DNA from: Gnetum montanum
Taxonomy: Eukaryota; Plantae; Gnetophyta
Length of the DNA stretch: 64,000 nt
Direction of reading: 5' to 3'
Assembly: GCA_015680685.1 (NCBI GenBank)
Contig: MNCI01000970.1
Coordinates: forward strand, 356,125 to 420,124
Shown here: positions 1 through 12,770 of the stretch, in pieces
How positions within the stretch are numbered: the first letter of the stretch is position 1
How the letters are laid out: each line of letters starts with the position of its first letter
Notes under the pieces: model-generated
The model's input: the letters and a program-made list of their open reading frames with translations, nothing else
What the model was told of the DNA's origin: nothing
The model's database searches: none
Made by a program: the position numbers and the translations under genes

Positions 1-599
1 AAAGTAGGCTTCTCTTTTTTTTTAAGTGGATCACGCATCATGTGCGGAATCTATTTTTTTAACTAAACTTTGTTTATAACGTTTTTTTTATCCCTTCACA
101 ACTTATACCCTGCATTTAAAACATGCATAACAAACATGCCGAGAATCCAACTTAATCCATATTAGAAGCTCTACACATTCACATGCTAAAATCATATCCA
201 AACATCACACAACATAGTGCTAGAGTTCCAATGCATAAACATCGAATCACACATAAAGCATAACTGCATATCAAATAGGTGCTCTTGTATGCCAATCCAA
301 CATCCTTGTCAGCAACATCACCTGTCTAACACATCACGCAAAGCTAGTGTACATAATCATATATTTAAGCATGTAAAGACTTTATAATCATAACATGAAG
401 ATGAAAGCCTCATAACATATAAAGTGCAATTATAATAAACTAACTTGTCCTGATAACCCATTGAAACCACACTTGTAATGTATAAATCATAGTCATATGG
501 CCATACCCAATGTATTTGGAAGGGATGTAACAATAATGCTCTTAAGAACATCCTATTATATATTATGAGTTCAAGCACAAGTAGAGAAATATCAAGCAT

Positions 600-770
600 G
601 CATTTATGTATGTTTAAATTTTAGGGGTGTTGGAACCCAAAATAATTGAAATCTAGGTACACCCCAAGACATATAGTCAAATTAGAATTTGATACTTAGC
701 ATTGCCCACTAGAATTGAATCTATAACTTGGAGCTTCGAAATCAAAAGTCTTACCATCAAAATAATGCCA
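600..770 (-). mobile_element. tRNA-derived SINE-like repeat, copy 1 (decayed)
   Basis: The reverse complement aligns to 1383-1466 (ATGGTAA..TTTTGATTT..TTATA..TTCAATTC..AAATTCTAATT). Bases 625-720 align to 62924-63020 (GGGGTG..CAAAATAA.TGAAAT.TAGGTA.ACCCCAAGA). Confidence 0.5.
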
Positions 771-1382
771 CATTGTTTAAAATTTAGGGATTTTGTATAT
801 GGAGTATATTGTGGATCATATAGTTAATTGTTCTAAGTCTTTTCATGTGATAGTTTAATACATGTAAAGTATGTACCCAAGCTAGAATGTTCCTAGCTTT
901 GATAGTACTCTTCCATTGTTGAGAGATTTTAAAGTATGGTTGAGTTAGTTATGCACTGGTTGTTAAAGTATGTGTAGTATGAGGTTGCACGTTTAATTTT
1001 AAGTTATGCATACAATTTGCAATTCAACTAATAAGCTCACTCAATGTTAGAAGATATGAAAGATTTTGTCATTAAAACTCATTAAGTTAACTTTGTTTTT
1101 GAATTCAAGCTTGTTAAGGGGCCTTCTATATTGGCAATGGATGTTTATTGGGTCTATTGCATCATCGTTATGGTTGGTTCACTTGCATGGACAATATCTA
1201 GGCTCTTTTTGTGATCTTCTTGGTTAAGGATTCTCACCCATTTTTCGTTTCTCAACTCCCTTTAGTGCACTTTTAATTGCTTTTTTAATAATATATTACC
1301 ACTCTCTTTTCCTTACAAATCTTGTTTTTAATCTCTTAGCAATAAATAAAATAGCTTGATTAGAACTAAAAATTAACAACGA

Positions 1383-1470
1383 GGTGTTAGCATAATGGTA
1401 AATTTTGATTTGAAAAGTCTGAATTATAAGTTCAATTCCAAATACTAAATTATAAAATTCTAATTCAATA
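1383..1470 (+). mobile_element. tRNA-derived SINE-like repeat, copy 2
   Basis: Head GGTGTTAGCATAATGG with A-box-like TAGCATAATGG (1388-1398) and B-box-like GTTCAATTCC (1430-1439) at Pol III spacing. Confidence 0.55.
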
Positions 1471-1830
1471 TTCAATTTTATGTATTAAAGTAGACGAATA
1501 TGATACAATAAAAGTATTAAATACCTATGAATATTAAGATATTGCCGAACCAAAAATAGACAAATCTGGACCAAAATACCTGATATCAAAGTAGGTACCT
1601 GGTGGTTTTTTGCCAACCTAAATCCAAGCTTGATTTTGTTTTATTTGTCATGAAAGTGTGACACTGGACTGCCTGTGAATTAGGTTTTCGAAGGCAGCAG
1701 GCAGGGACGTAGCTTTGGATCCATCATCGACGCTGGCCTTGGGTATTATTACCAATTTTACAGAGGCAAAGGGAAGAGAGAGAGAGAGGCCTGTTGGTGC
1801 TCTGTATGCGCAGCTCCTGTGTTGTTGTGA

Positions 1831-2027
1831 GTAAGTCATTGTTGCTGTGTTCAGCCGGGCTGCAGCAAAACCTCTCTTAAACCCCAACTCGCCGAACATC
1901 TTTAACAGCAACAACAGGCAGCGGCGCATTGCCGGGCCACAAACAGGAGGTTCTGGATTGCGCTGAGATTCTTTTTGGGTCCCAATATTTCGTGCTCCAA
2001 TTTTGTGGGTAGGTCGAGATTTTGTAG
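1831..2027 (+). other. Probable 5'-UTR intron of TOM40
   Basis: GTAAGT donor at 1831 and TTTGTAG acceptor ending at 2027, 3 nt before the ATG. A GA-rich tract (1771-1788) typical of plant 5' leaders lies upstream. Confidence 0.45.
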
Positions 2028-2030
2028 GAA

Positions 2031-5000
2031 ATGGGATCCTCCGAGAGTAAAGCGACACCTGCAATGCCAGCGCCTGCGGTGCCCGCCGATGAGGTTTCTG
2101 CTCCTGCTCCTGCTTCTGCTCCTGCTCCTGCTCCTGATGCCGATGTGCCTCCGCCTCCTCCTTCCGCTGCTGCAGCTCATCCATTGGGTTCGCCTCCTTC
2201 AACCGCAACTGGGGATTCTGCCTCCAAAGCAGATGAGAAAGTGGATTGGCTTAACCTACCTTGCCCTATTCCCTACGAGGAGATTCAACGAGAAGTGCTG
2301 AGTATGTTCTTGTTACTTTTTTTTGGCGGGTTGATCTTTAAAAATGTATTTCTGTGCACCAGCAAATGAGTTTTTTTTTGGTAACTTACTTTTTTGGTTA
2401 TTGCAATTGTATTTGCATGTTATTTTTTTCGGTGCGTGGCTTTTCATGGATTAGTTATGTTAGGCAATTTTATTTGCGGGTGTCTGTTTGTTTTCAGTTT
2501 GGAGTAGAGCTTTCATTGATATAAGGTGTTTGTTGTTTTTGAATGAATTTATCAGGTTTTTACTACTTTTAATGTTTTTCCGATGTTTCCTGTTTGCGGT
2601 GTATCTAAGCCTTGTGGGAAGCACGATATTGCATGAATGATGTTTACCAAATTAGTCCAATTGATTCTCGTTTTGCTAATGGGAATAAGTAGAGAATATT
2701 TGTGTTAGCATTTTGGCAATCATAATTGCAATGGGTACATGATTTTATCAGGTTATTGTATATCTTTGAAATTTTAAATTGTTCTTTTGTTATTGTGTGT
2801 TTATAAATGTTCATGCTGTTAATTCACAACATTAACTATCACAAGCATTAAATTTGAGGACTGTAAAGACTTTGTAATCATCTTGGGCTTTTGTGAACAC
2901 TTGATTGCCTTTGTCTCTTGCAATGTATGGATTGATATATACATGCAAAATAGAGATCAGGCTTGTTAAAAAAGTAGCCACAGTTGTACTGGACGGTGCG
3001 TGGAAAAGTGGTATCTTCATGTATGGAATCCCCTGAGGATTTTAGCTGCTGATTCCAATTGTTATTATTAATATCACTGTTTTAGATTAGACCTATTGCA
3101 TTTGATGTAAGTTCATCTTGCTCACTTTTTTTTAAACATTTGAAAGTATTTTAAATGTTATATTCGATACGTCGCATATTGTCCTATTGTTTCCGCTATT
3201 TGTTTCTTTTCAGAGCCATTTTAATGATTTATGATGTTGCAGAAGAAAGTTATACGCAGCTCTTGATTCTATGTAAAATGAAAAGCTGATTATGTTGCGG
3301 TATGTCTTGGTCTTGCAGTGGCACTAAAACCTGAGAATTTTGAAGGAATGCGGTTTGATTATACAAGGCCTTTAAATCCAAAATTTTCTCTTACCCACAG
3401 GTAAAAACTATTTATTCGTACTGTTGTTTCCTCATCAAATTGTTGGGGCCGTGGCATGTTTTTAGAGGAGTTTTTATTGTATGCATATTTATTTTGATAA
3501 GAAAATTCTAAGACTTTTTATCTTTTAAAATTGAAATATGTTTTATGAGTTTTCGTCATGACCATAGGTCCCTACATCTTTAGATTAAAATATTCAATCA
3601 TATTTATATAATGTTTGAACTTTTCTGTGTTAGTTTATTTATGGGGTCAACAGAAGTACCTTCACAATCAACTGATATACTCAAGGTCCCTACTGCACAT
3701 TACGAGTTTGGGGCTAATTTCCTAGATCCTAAGGTATTAACTCTCATTGAATTATCTACTTACATGCACCTTATAGGTTTGAAGACTTATGGTTGTGAAA
3801 TAGATGAAAAATTTTAGTGCTTATTTTTTTCTGCTTCAGTGCATGCTTGTTGGAAGGATATTAACTGATGGAAGGTTGAGTGCAAGGGTTAAATATGATT
3901 TGACAGAGGATCTTGTAATGAAGATCAATGCTCAGGTTCTTCTTTTGTTATTTTGTTTGCTTTTTGGCATGTCTCTTTCTGAATATTTTTATATAGTTTT
4001 AGAGTCCAGACGACTATATTCATTTTTGTTTAATAATTTTAGTTCATTGAATTAAAAATTTCACTGATTTTTTCCAGTCCTAAGGGTGATGAAAATGTAT
4101 AGGAGAAGTATTTTATATATTAATTTCTAATGCTTATAATTTATATGCTTTTCAGTTGACTAATGAGCCACATTTTTCACAAGGAATGTTCAACTTTGAT
4201 TACAAGGTGAGTTCAGTTAGCTCTTTATTATGTGTTTCAATTGATAACAATTGTTATGGGTTAAATAAGGTTGAGTTTGTCATTTCTAACGATTTCTTTT
4301 GCAGGGAGGGAAACAACATTAATATGATTTATTTACCTTAAATTTTTTATCATATATTCTTGTTTGTTATTTGTAATGTTTGTGGCATGATTTAGAGTAG
4401 TAAATCATATAATTGAAGCTGTATATTTTCATCCAAGAGGTTGCAGAACACATCGAGCAATACGATGTTGAATGTATGACTAGACTTGATTTAGAATATG
4501 TTACATTTCAAAACTTTTACATTGGATGAATGGTTGTAATGGGTCTGAATATTTTCCATACCTTGCACTTCTATCAATTAGATTGGATTCTTGAAATGTG
4601 CAGTTCTACTTGCATGCCTATGAGTCATGATACAAACCTTTAATGATTTTTACATATGCCTACCTGCATCATTGCCATGTCAATCTGTCAAAAGCTTTCA
4701 ATTTATGCAAAGGTTCTGCGAACAAGTTTTTTTAAATTCCATGTTTGCTCTATGTCAACCAACATGTACTGCTATTCCTGTGCTCTTGTTCCTTAATGTT
4801 GGGTAGTTTTTGGCCTGCTAGAACAGTGCATCAAATTAGTAGTAGTCATATGAAGTACTATTTTAACTTTATTTAATTACTTGTATATTGAATGTTATGA
4901 GAGTAATATGGATTAGGGCAGGATTTTTAACTGATGGTCTTACCTGGTATTATCAAGATGTTTAATCTAGTCTCCTCCTTTCTTGTTTTGCCAAGTGCAA

Positions 5001-8000
5001 TTTCTTTGAATTCAACTATGCTGCCTCTTTTATTACGGTTGCAAGGAAGAAATATGGCGCGAGAGCTGAAAAACATAATGTAATCCTATTTTAGGAGTAT
5101 GCTCTAAAAATCTAATCATCAGGATCACAATTAACCTAAAAAATAGAATACGTATCTTTGTATAAGGTCTCATGAAACCAATACAAAGCCAACTGAACTG
5201 CAACCCAAAAAACAAGAAAAAAAAAAGCATTTTCTGCTCAGTGTTCCTTCTGAGAAAATTTTCTGTTCCTTTCATAGCAGATAAAAGGGGACTAGAGAAG
5301 TCTAAACTTTAGCATTGAGCTTTATTATCTCTCCAAATTGGGAGAGGTTATCATCATGAACAGAGATACCACATGCTTATCTGGATAGATTCCACACACC
5401 TTGAGCATAAGAGCAATTTAATAGTAGGAGGTAACTCGTTACAGAAAACACGACCACCAGTGTTGATATGTTAAAGCATCATTTGTTGTCACATGGTTCC
5501 CAGATTGTGGTAAATACTAATTGGTTTTGGGTCTACTTATCACATTTTTCGTTTTGATATCCTATTAATTTGCAATGAATTTCACTTTTGAAATTGAAAA
5601 TATTCCTCTGGTTTTGTGACTATTGTATTGGCATGTTGGCTATTTTTATTTTTAATTTGTCTGATTATAGGCCATATTGAATTTTATCATTTCACGTTTC
5701 ACAAATTTTTAATAGCAAATTTAGTGCATGATTTTGGAAATACATGCAGGGGAAAGATTACAGAGCTTCACTTCAACTAGGAAACCATGCGTTTTATGGT
5801 GCAAATTACATCCAGGTATGATATTTTTGTAATTCAGCAAATTAACACAGAAACTCTCTAGAAAAGATGTCCTGAAATGTTATTTTTCGTTTAAATGTTA
5901 TTTTTAAGTGTTTGACATGATATTTCAATTTTTACAAATGTTATCCTAATTTCTAGAAGAGTCCCTGGTGTAATCGGAAGAAGCTTGTGACTTGCTGTTA
6001 GAGTATGGTTGTGAATTGTGTGTGCAATTGTTAGTTTCTCAATAACCAACTCAAGAAATGAGTTAAACAAGAAATCACGATGGTCTGTGAATAGATGCAG
6101 CAGTTCAGGAAGGATTTAAATCATTGAATGAGAACGTCGTATCATTGTGGAACATCTAAAGAAGAAGAGAAAAAAAGAAGAAGAAGGAAGGAATAACCCC
6201 AAATGATCGTGACCCAAAGCTGCCCTCCCAAGATCCAAAAGAAGCCATGAGGAATAGTTAAAAACACTGGTTCAAGCTGTGTGAATTGACTAGTGAAAGA
6301 TTTCATGGGGTTAAGAAAGTTGTTGAGACTAAATCCTTACGAGTTGCAAGAATCCTAAAAGTATCCTGCATCCACAAGGAGCCTGGGGTAGAGTAAAATC
6401 GAAGAAGGTAAGCAGGATGAACTCGTGAGTTAGTCAATGAAGTACTCATGAGATGAAAGGAAGGAAGAAGGCATGAATTTAACTCACGAACTGTGAAGTG
6501 AATGCTAGACCAAGTTCCTGAAAGGTCTGCATAGTAAGGCTGAGCTGTGGTGATTAAATGTTCTTGTAAATTAGTCCCATGCAAGACTGACCAGGGGAAA
6601 GTTCAATGTCACATTGCGAGATGAATCAGAACTCACGATGATGAAAAACACTGATGCACTGTAAATTGTAGCAGGAATCAGAGTGGTAGCCTATTGCACC
6701 AAATGGTCAGTGAAAGGTGTGGCAGAGGTCTAGAGCTGTATTAGGAGAATACAAGAAATTGTGAACTCAAGAAGTCAGGATACAGATATCGTGAATTAAA
6801 GTAAATATCATGATTATGAAATAAGCCTTAGAAATAGTTCACGAGTGGCACTGTATTTCCTCTAAAAGATTCTGAAAGTGTAAAGGAGTTTGTGTGAATA
6901 AATGCAACTTAAGAAACTTGAATTCTTAAACAGTATATGAAACCTTAAGATGGTAGCAGAGAAATCTGCAACCAACAGAATTTAACACTTGCAACCTGGT
7001 TTTGAATGGATCTCTACTTATTTTAAAAGCATGGGCACGTAGCAGAAATGCCAGTACAGATGTCTCATGTATACTGATATGTTACCCATTTATGGAAATC
7101 CTTGGTAATTAACGAGTAGCTGGAGTAGATGCATCTAATTAGCCATTGATTCAAAAAACTTGAAGGGAATCCCTTGGTCCTTTATATAAACTAGCCAGTT
7201 CATGGCCCTGGTGCTTCTCTTTAGAAATAAGTAATAAAGGTTGCGAAAGGAAATATATTAATTTTTTAAAGATTAATTTATGTTTGCATTTTTTTACTAA
7301 TATCAAACATTTGATTCTGGCCTCATGATATAATCTCCTGTAATTCTTACTTGTGCCAGTAGCATTATTATTATGCTCATGCAAGTCCTCTTCCATTAGC
7401 TGTAAGTATGCTTTTTGCAAAGGAATGTAAAAGCTCATAGTGTTGGAGATCCCAATCTACTGGTCAGAATTCAGTTTCAGCTGCTTCTTTTATGTATTTT
7501 CTTCACTAGCTGGGACTGAACCCATAAACTGTAAGATTCAAGTCACAAGCTTTATCAACAAGCCACACCTTATTGATTTGCTATATTTCTATAATCATCA
7601 CCCGGTGTGTCAATGCTCAGTCCACCAAGTGTGGTCCCAGGAGGGTCAGTGGATGAGCAAAAGCCGAAACTTTTCAAGTGGCTGTACCTAGGGCTATATT
7701 GCTATAATGATTTTCCAATAGTTGTGTTCAATGACCTAGTTATATTAGATTTCAACAGCACGTAAGGAACTCAAATTTATTGATATGTTTATTTGATTTA
7801 TGTAACATTATTACTGAGTAATTTCATTAAGTGTTTTAACTATTCTAGCAGTTTGTTTATTTCTCAGTTTTTTCTTTTATTTTTTATTTCTTACAATGTA
7901 CCGTTATTTCACTAAATCTTTTTTTTCCGTTACTTCCTTTTGCAGAGTGTTACCCCAAACATTTCCCTTGGCGGTGAACTGTTTTGGCTTGGGCATCAAA

Positions 8001-8787
8001 GGAAGTCTGGAATTGGCTTTGCAGCTCGTTATAATACTGATAAGACGGTTTGTTTCTTGAGTTTTGTTTTCGTTTTTCTTTCTTTCTTTATCTTTTTGTA
8101 GACTTGAGTTTTACAGTTGCATTTTCATATCAATGGTGTAGCAGTTTTCTAACTGTAAATTCTTATGTGTCATAGGTTGCTACAGGGCAAATTTCAAGCA
8201 CTGGTATAGTGTCTTTGGGTTACGTACAGAAAATATCAGAGAAGGTAGCTTGAATGATATCAGATGCATTATCAATTCCGTTAACTTCTACTCCAGTGTT
8301 TTACAAATTTCTTCTTTGTGCTTGACCATCTCAGATATCATTGGCAACTGATTTTATGTACAATGATATGACAAAGGAGACACATGCTAGTGTTGGCTAC
8401 GATTACATTTCAAGACAGGTAGTTGAATTTGCTCTCTTTAAAGGAATATTTACTCCTATGATACTGCTGATAAATATGGCTGCAGTTAGTGTGTTTCAAC
8501 TTACAAATGACTCCTGGTGGAATATTATTGGAAACTGTATCAGTGTCGGCTAAGGGGAAGAATTGATTCAAATGGAGTAGTTGGTTCATATCTGGAAGAG
8601 AGACTAAACCTGGGAGTTAATTTCCTTCTTTCTGCAGAGGTCGGTACCCTTGTCTAGTTCTTAAGACCTATCGATTTGTGGTTTTGCATCATTAATTTCA
8701 TTGATCCTTCTATTGTTTTCTATGCAGATTGATCATTCCAAAAAGGACTATAAATTTGGGTTTGGCTTAACAGTTGGTGAATTTTAG
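2031..8787 (+). CDS. TOM40: Mitochondrial import channel TOM40, 11 coding exons, 358 aa: join(2031..2301,3319..3400,3634..3733,3840..3935,4156..4206,5750..5815,7946..8047,8176..8244,8335..8418,8544..8639,8728..8787)
   Basis: All ten introns are GT..AG and the exons sum to 1077 nt (359 codons incl. TAG) with no internal stop. The translation has plant TOM40 motifs [70 protein letters not shown] and C-terminal [14 protein letters not shown]. Confidence 0.97.
2096..2137 (+). repeat. Coding (GCTCCT)n hexamer repeat giving an Ala-Pro tract in the TOM40 N-terminus
   Basis: tctgctcctgctcctgcttctgctcctgctcctgctcctgat, translated as [14 protein letters not shown]. Confidence 0.85.
5996..6987. mobile_element. 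Solo LTR (992 bp) in TOM40 intron 6
   Basis: Termini TGTTA...TAACA form a 5-bp inverted repeat, flanked by perfect direct repeat CTTGC (5991-5995, 6988-6992). Internal repeated (A)ACTCACGA-like motifs; no coding domain recognised. Confidence 0.85.
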
Positions 8788-10100
8788 TTTTTATACCAAC
8801 TGTAATTGGGGTTCATGGCCGTGATTCATTTATCACGTGGAATTGTCTGCGCCTACAATGTAGGAGTGAATGTAATTTTTGTGCTTTGGATCAGTCCTAG
8901 GGTTTTACTTGGGCAAAAGCTGTCATTTTAGTTATAATTTTTCATTAATATATTTGTACCACTCCACGTGACAATTCCGTTCTCATCCTCTCATGTTTGA
9001 AGAGTCGGGTTTCAAATTCATTATTGATTTCAAAGTTTTTGCGGCATTTTAATATTTGCCTTAATCTCAAACTGTTTACCTGTTTTGTACTCAAAAATAA
9101 AAATACATTTTAAGCTAATTTGTTGGTTTTATCTTATTTTTGGCTTTTATACCTACCTTCTTGGTTCGTCAAACATTATGATATTAAGTAAAAAATAATT
9201 TGAGAGTCTGTTAGCTTTAGAATACATCTGCCACGGCTTAAATAATGGCTTTGAAATGACATTTTCTTTATTATTTTTTACGGAAAATTACAGTAATTCT
9301 TTAACATTTGATTGTCATTGTGACGTTTTTAGATGATTTTCAGCAGCTTTCAGAATTGTGTTGGATTCAGTTTCTTTGAAGATCAACCCTTTAATTTCTG
9401 TAGGCTGAATGCAAGTCAAGAAGTCTTTCTACTCGTGTCCAAGGAGGAATGCAAGTCAAAGAAGTCTTTCTAGTTGTTTCAAATTATTAGTGTATAACAA
9501 TTGGACTTGGATTTTGGTTGATCATGGGGGCTTGTGATTGTCACACCTACCAGAGGCGTAGAGAACTACCTGATAACTGCGAGGGCTTTGAAAATAAGGG
9601 CAACATTGGCATCGATATTGCATCTGTAATTTCTACAAGGATATGAAAATTTTTGCAGGTGACTTTTCGTACCCAAATCAGCTGCAAGAGAGTTTAAAGA
9701 TGCATAGTTTATATTAAAATTGTAAGAAGATACCACATCAAAGGTTAGATATGTGGATTGTGTCTTAATAGAAGTTTGCACAATCTGAATCAACTTTAAT
9801 AGTGAAAATATTTTTACAAATGTTTAAATAAATTTGAGTAAACTGCATCTAAATTATGGTCAAAATGAAATGCAAGAAATAAGTAAAATGAATATTGCAC
9901 ATCCAAATTTATAACAGTTTGGTTTGGGCCTAGTTTATTCCACAAGGTTATCCAAATGTCTTCTGCCTTTGGGTTCCTTTTTGATCTTCAAATTCTTAAA
10001 GAACAATGTTGGTTTCAAGGGTTTCCAATTTCCTTTTTGTATAGTTGGGATTATTAGGCAAAACTTGTCAAACTATATCTCAAAACAAAGAAAATTGAAA

Positions 10101-12770
10101 TGATGCATTTGGGGGATCTCACTGTAGATTAGATTGTATTCAATACAAACACAAATCATGCAAGAGATGTAGAAATCATGCAAGAGATGTAGAAATTTTG
10201 AGCACTAGTATATTTTTCAAGCTTACATAATCAAAATTTTTTGTGAAGCTCTTCCACCTTACTTTGATATGCTTTGTTGCTAATGATATACCAAACTTCT
10301 TTAATGATGCATCTTCACCTAAGCATTAATGGGCAAGAGGGCCATGATAGTTTTCAATGCTTTGTTTGTTTTATAACATTCGAAGGACTTTTTGGCCTTT
10401 TTGTTTTTTAGGTTTTGCCTTTTCTCCTTGATAAGTTAATCTTATCGGAGTTGGTTGACCTTATGCTTCAACTTGCAAAACTTGAACCCTTGGCTCGATT
10501 GTTGTACTTGATCTCGAGCATCTGGAACTAGGTGATTATCATTGGTTGTTTGTCTTGGCTTCGTCAACCTATCCAAAGGTTAGTTGACCTTAGTAGTGAG
10601 GTATTTTTTGTGCTTTGAACTTGGGTTGATCAACCTTTGGCAATGTTGGTCCACCTTAAGAGTGTTGCTTTTTTTTTTCTACTCTAAACTTGCCTTCAAT
10701 TTGGATTAGTTGATTTTAGATTTAGTTGCTTGATCTTATGAGTGATGCATTTTCTTTCTTTTGAACTTCGCTAGCTCCTACACAATTTAGTCATGACATC
10801 ATTTTGGTTGAAGATCTTAGTGAACAATATGCATTTTGTCATTCTAAATCAACAATTCAATTAACAATCTCCTCCTATTTGGACATGACAAAGGCACCTT
10901 CTTTTGGAAGATGACAACATGACAAGCACACATGGTAGGAATCCAAATAAATTAAAACGGATAGCCCATGCAAAATCGTAAGCTCCCCTTGAGCTTATGA
11001 CTCGTTTTTTTTCCCTCTTAATTTCTACTACTTGTGTTCTCTCCCCCTTGTTTGGCATTTGCAAAAAGCCAGAAATGAACACTCTCAAGGCACAAGGGTG
11101 ACCTTGGAGAGGGGTGAATTAAGACTGAAATAATATGTTGAAAGTAAGAAACAAAGCTCTCAACTAAATAAGTATAATGGAAGACAAGAAAAAGTTAAGC
11201 ATGCTGTCATAATAATGTCATCACAAAATAATACTTTAGCTTACGTGCAACTCTTGTAGAGAGAATATGCAAATAAAATATAGCTACTAAATCACAATGG
11301 AAATAGAGAAGCTACACTAATATATATTGATTAGAAGACCTGAAGCAAGTATGAATAGTAGTATACAATATGAAATCAACAATAAGGGCTATCGTAATAC
11401 CACATCAATAGAAGAGCTAATACTAATATGAAAATAACCATCATAAAGGTCAACTATATTAATACAAACTTGCAGCTCATATATCACTATTTGTTAATAT
11501 ATACCAAAGGATAAGCAAAGGATATATTTAATTATAATGCACTTATAAATTGCCCTATTTTAAGGGTAATCCTCAACCTACCTAATGAAGAGTAAGGTAG
11601 TTACGTACTTAGATTAGCTGGGGAATGGTCTAACTCCCAACCCTCTCTTGATTTCTTCAAAATGATTGGATGGAAGAGATTTTGTTAAACCATTTGCGAG
11701 TTGATTTTTTGACTTAATATTCTCAATTCCAATACTTCCTTTGCTCCTAAATAAAATGGTGGCTAATCTCAATGTGTTTGGTTTTGAAGTGTTGCACAGG
11801 GTTTTTGCAATGTTGATAGCTCTCATAGTGTCATAAAACATTAAAGCCTTATTTTGTTCATGCTTGTAATCTTTAAGCATTTACACTATCCACATTAGTT
11901 GAACATAAAAATTTCCAATTACTCTATATTCTACTTTAGCTATTAAGATGGAGGTAGGGGTTCACTTAGTCATCCAAGATACAAGACATTGTCCTAGAAA
12001 GAAGCAATTTCTAGTTGTACTTCTTTTATCATCAATCTTTCCAATCCAATTTACATTCAAATACCCAACAAGATCAAAGCTTGTGTCTTTGGAATACCAA
12101 AGATCATGCTATGTAGTACCTTTCAAATATTTCAAAATCTTTTTGACAACAATATAATGGAATTCTTTGGGTTTAGATTTATACCTTGCACATATCCTAA
12201 TGCTTAAGGCAATATTAGGTCTACTAGTAGTAAGGTATAACAAATCTCAATTATTCCTCTATATAATTTTTTATTGATATTCTTACCTTGCTCATCCTTG
12301 CACAATTTGACTTTAGGGCTCAAGGGAATGGAAGCTTCTTTGGGATTTTCCATACCATACTTCTTGAGGATCTCCTTGGCATAATTTGCTTAGGATATGA
12401 AAATACCATTCTTGCTTTGAATGATTTGGAGTTCCAAGAAGAAAGTTAATTCATCCATGAGGCTTATTTCAAATTTAACCCGCTTGATTTCTTCAAATTT
12501 CTTACATAACAAGGGGTTAGTGGCATAAAAAACAATATCATCAAGATAGATTTGAGCTATTAAATAATCCTTATCATGCTTTAAAATAAAAAGTGCAAGA
12601 TCAAAAGAACCTCTTACAAAGCCATTTTGTATCAAATGTTACGATAGCCTTTCATACCAAGCCCTAGGGGCTTGCTTAAGTTTGTATGGTACTTTTTTCA
12701 ATCTAAATGCATGATCCTTTTTGTGAGGATCCTTAAAGCCTAGTGGTTGCTCCACATAAACCTCTTCTAT
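10101..12770 (-). mobile_element. Degenerate Ty1/copia element of probable SIRE/Maximus lineage: RT-RNase H remnant (11614-12770), multi-PPT region and 3' LTR (about 10101-10866; left boundary uncertain)
   Basis: Minus-strand peptides EEVYVEQPLG, LKQAPRAWYERL, IAQIYLDDIVFYATN (YVDDIIFGSTN type), FEISLMDELTFFLELQI and NQLANGLTKSL, with stops and frameshifts. PPT AAATAGGAGGAGAT|TGTTAA at 10866-10880, further PPT-like tracts at 10982-11060, and repeated AAGGTCAAC-like motifs at 10450-10740. Confidence 0.8.

Noticed and set aside
1383-1445. tRNA gene
   Set aside because: A/B boxes are present but no cloverleaf stems can be formed, so it is treated as a SINE head. The PBS sites are likewise only tRNA-complementary.
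1648-2301. Overlapping ORFs 1648..2208(-), 1902..2180(-, RS-repeat) and 1975..2301(+, poly-Leu)
   Set aside because: They are alternative-frame readings of the GC-rich hexamer repeat in TOM40 exon 1, with no independent support.
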